Source: Chiloscyllium plagiosum (Eukaryota). From it: DNA of 64,000 nucleotides. Location: the NCBI RefSeq assembly GCF_004010195.1, contig NC_057731.1:19955899-20019898 (forward strand), written 5' to 3'. Position 1 is the stretch's first letter, and each line of letters begins with the position of its first letter. Shown piece by piece: positions 63,517-64,000 of the stretch. A program made the translations under genes and the position numbers. Below the pieces are notes generated by a model. That model made no database searches. It was not told the DNA's origin and saw nothing but the letters and a program-made list of their open reading frames with translations.

Positions 63517-64000
63517 ACTGAGAAACAGATCCTGGATAAAGTACCATTTACCACCAGCATTAACCTCTTAAGGAAAGGTGCATTTCTGCTGGAACAGGTG
63601 CTGTCAGTCATTGTGCAACAGCGTCTGACCTGAGAAATTCAGAAGAATAGCATGCAGTGATAGAGAATAGGCTGAAAGATGTTAAAACGTCACTCAGGTG
63701 ATCTTGGTCAAGGAGTAACAGTGCAAGAGGAAAGTATTTTGTCCATAATAAACCAGGCAATCCTCTACAAAAGCTCTTTGAAGGCTGTGCAACCCAATTA
63801 CTGCAGTAGTCAATGGTAGGAGACAGGGGCCAAGAGCCTCCTAGATCCACAACTGTTCATGGCTATCCCTGCAAAGTAATTTGGTGCTTCCTCCACTGAA
63901 AGTCATCAGCCTCCCATACTGCAGTCACTGGGATGTCAGTACATGGGAGCACCAAAACAAGGAAGAAATGGCATTAAAGGAATGTACCTTGGTGATTAGT

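Noticed and set aside
63540-64000. 80-aa minus-strand ORF near the window end
   Set aside because: No motif or splice structure recognised.

Overview
Eukaryotic, AT-rich DNA from a cartilaginous fish. HE1/V-SINEs and HER1-type CR1 LINEs point to an elasmobranch; a bamboo-shark-like genome is a guess. No host protein-coding exon could be supported, so the window looks like a gene desert or large intron. It is filled with decayed retroelements, and every ORF I could assign is a transposon fragment. Contents: many CR1 fragments; a second CR1-group LINE family ('LINE-B'); two clades of Penelope-like GIY-YIG elements with minimal hammerhead ribozyme motifs; Rex1/Babar and RTE remnants; HE1 SINEs; a TA-flanked MITE; two solo LTRs; and a decayed Gmr1-type gypsy provirus (52584-58187, PR-IN-RT-RH order, AAAT target-site duplication). 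Two N gaps are present. The most notable observation is a LINE-B copy whose 5' end is a tRNA-like SINE head and body running almost directly into the endonuclease, with no room for ORF1, plus free SINE pieces that look like its internally deleted derivative. Other points of interest are hammerhead motifs, a twin-priming-like inverted CR1, two local templated duplications, and several TE-free blocks resembling conserved noncoding elements. All family names come from motif recognition by eye, not database searches, and boundaries of old elements are approximate.
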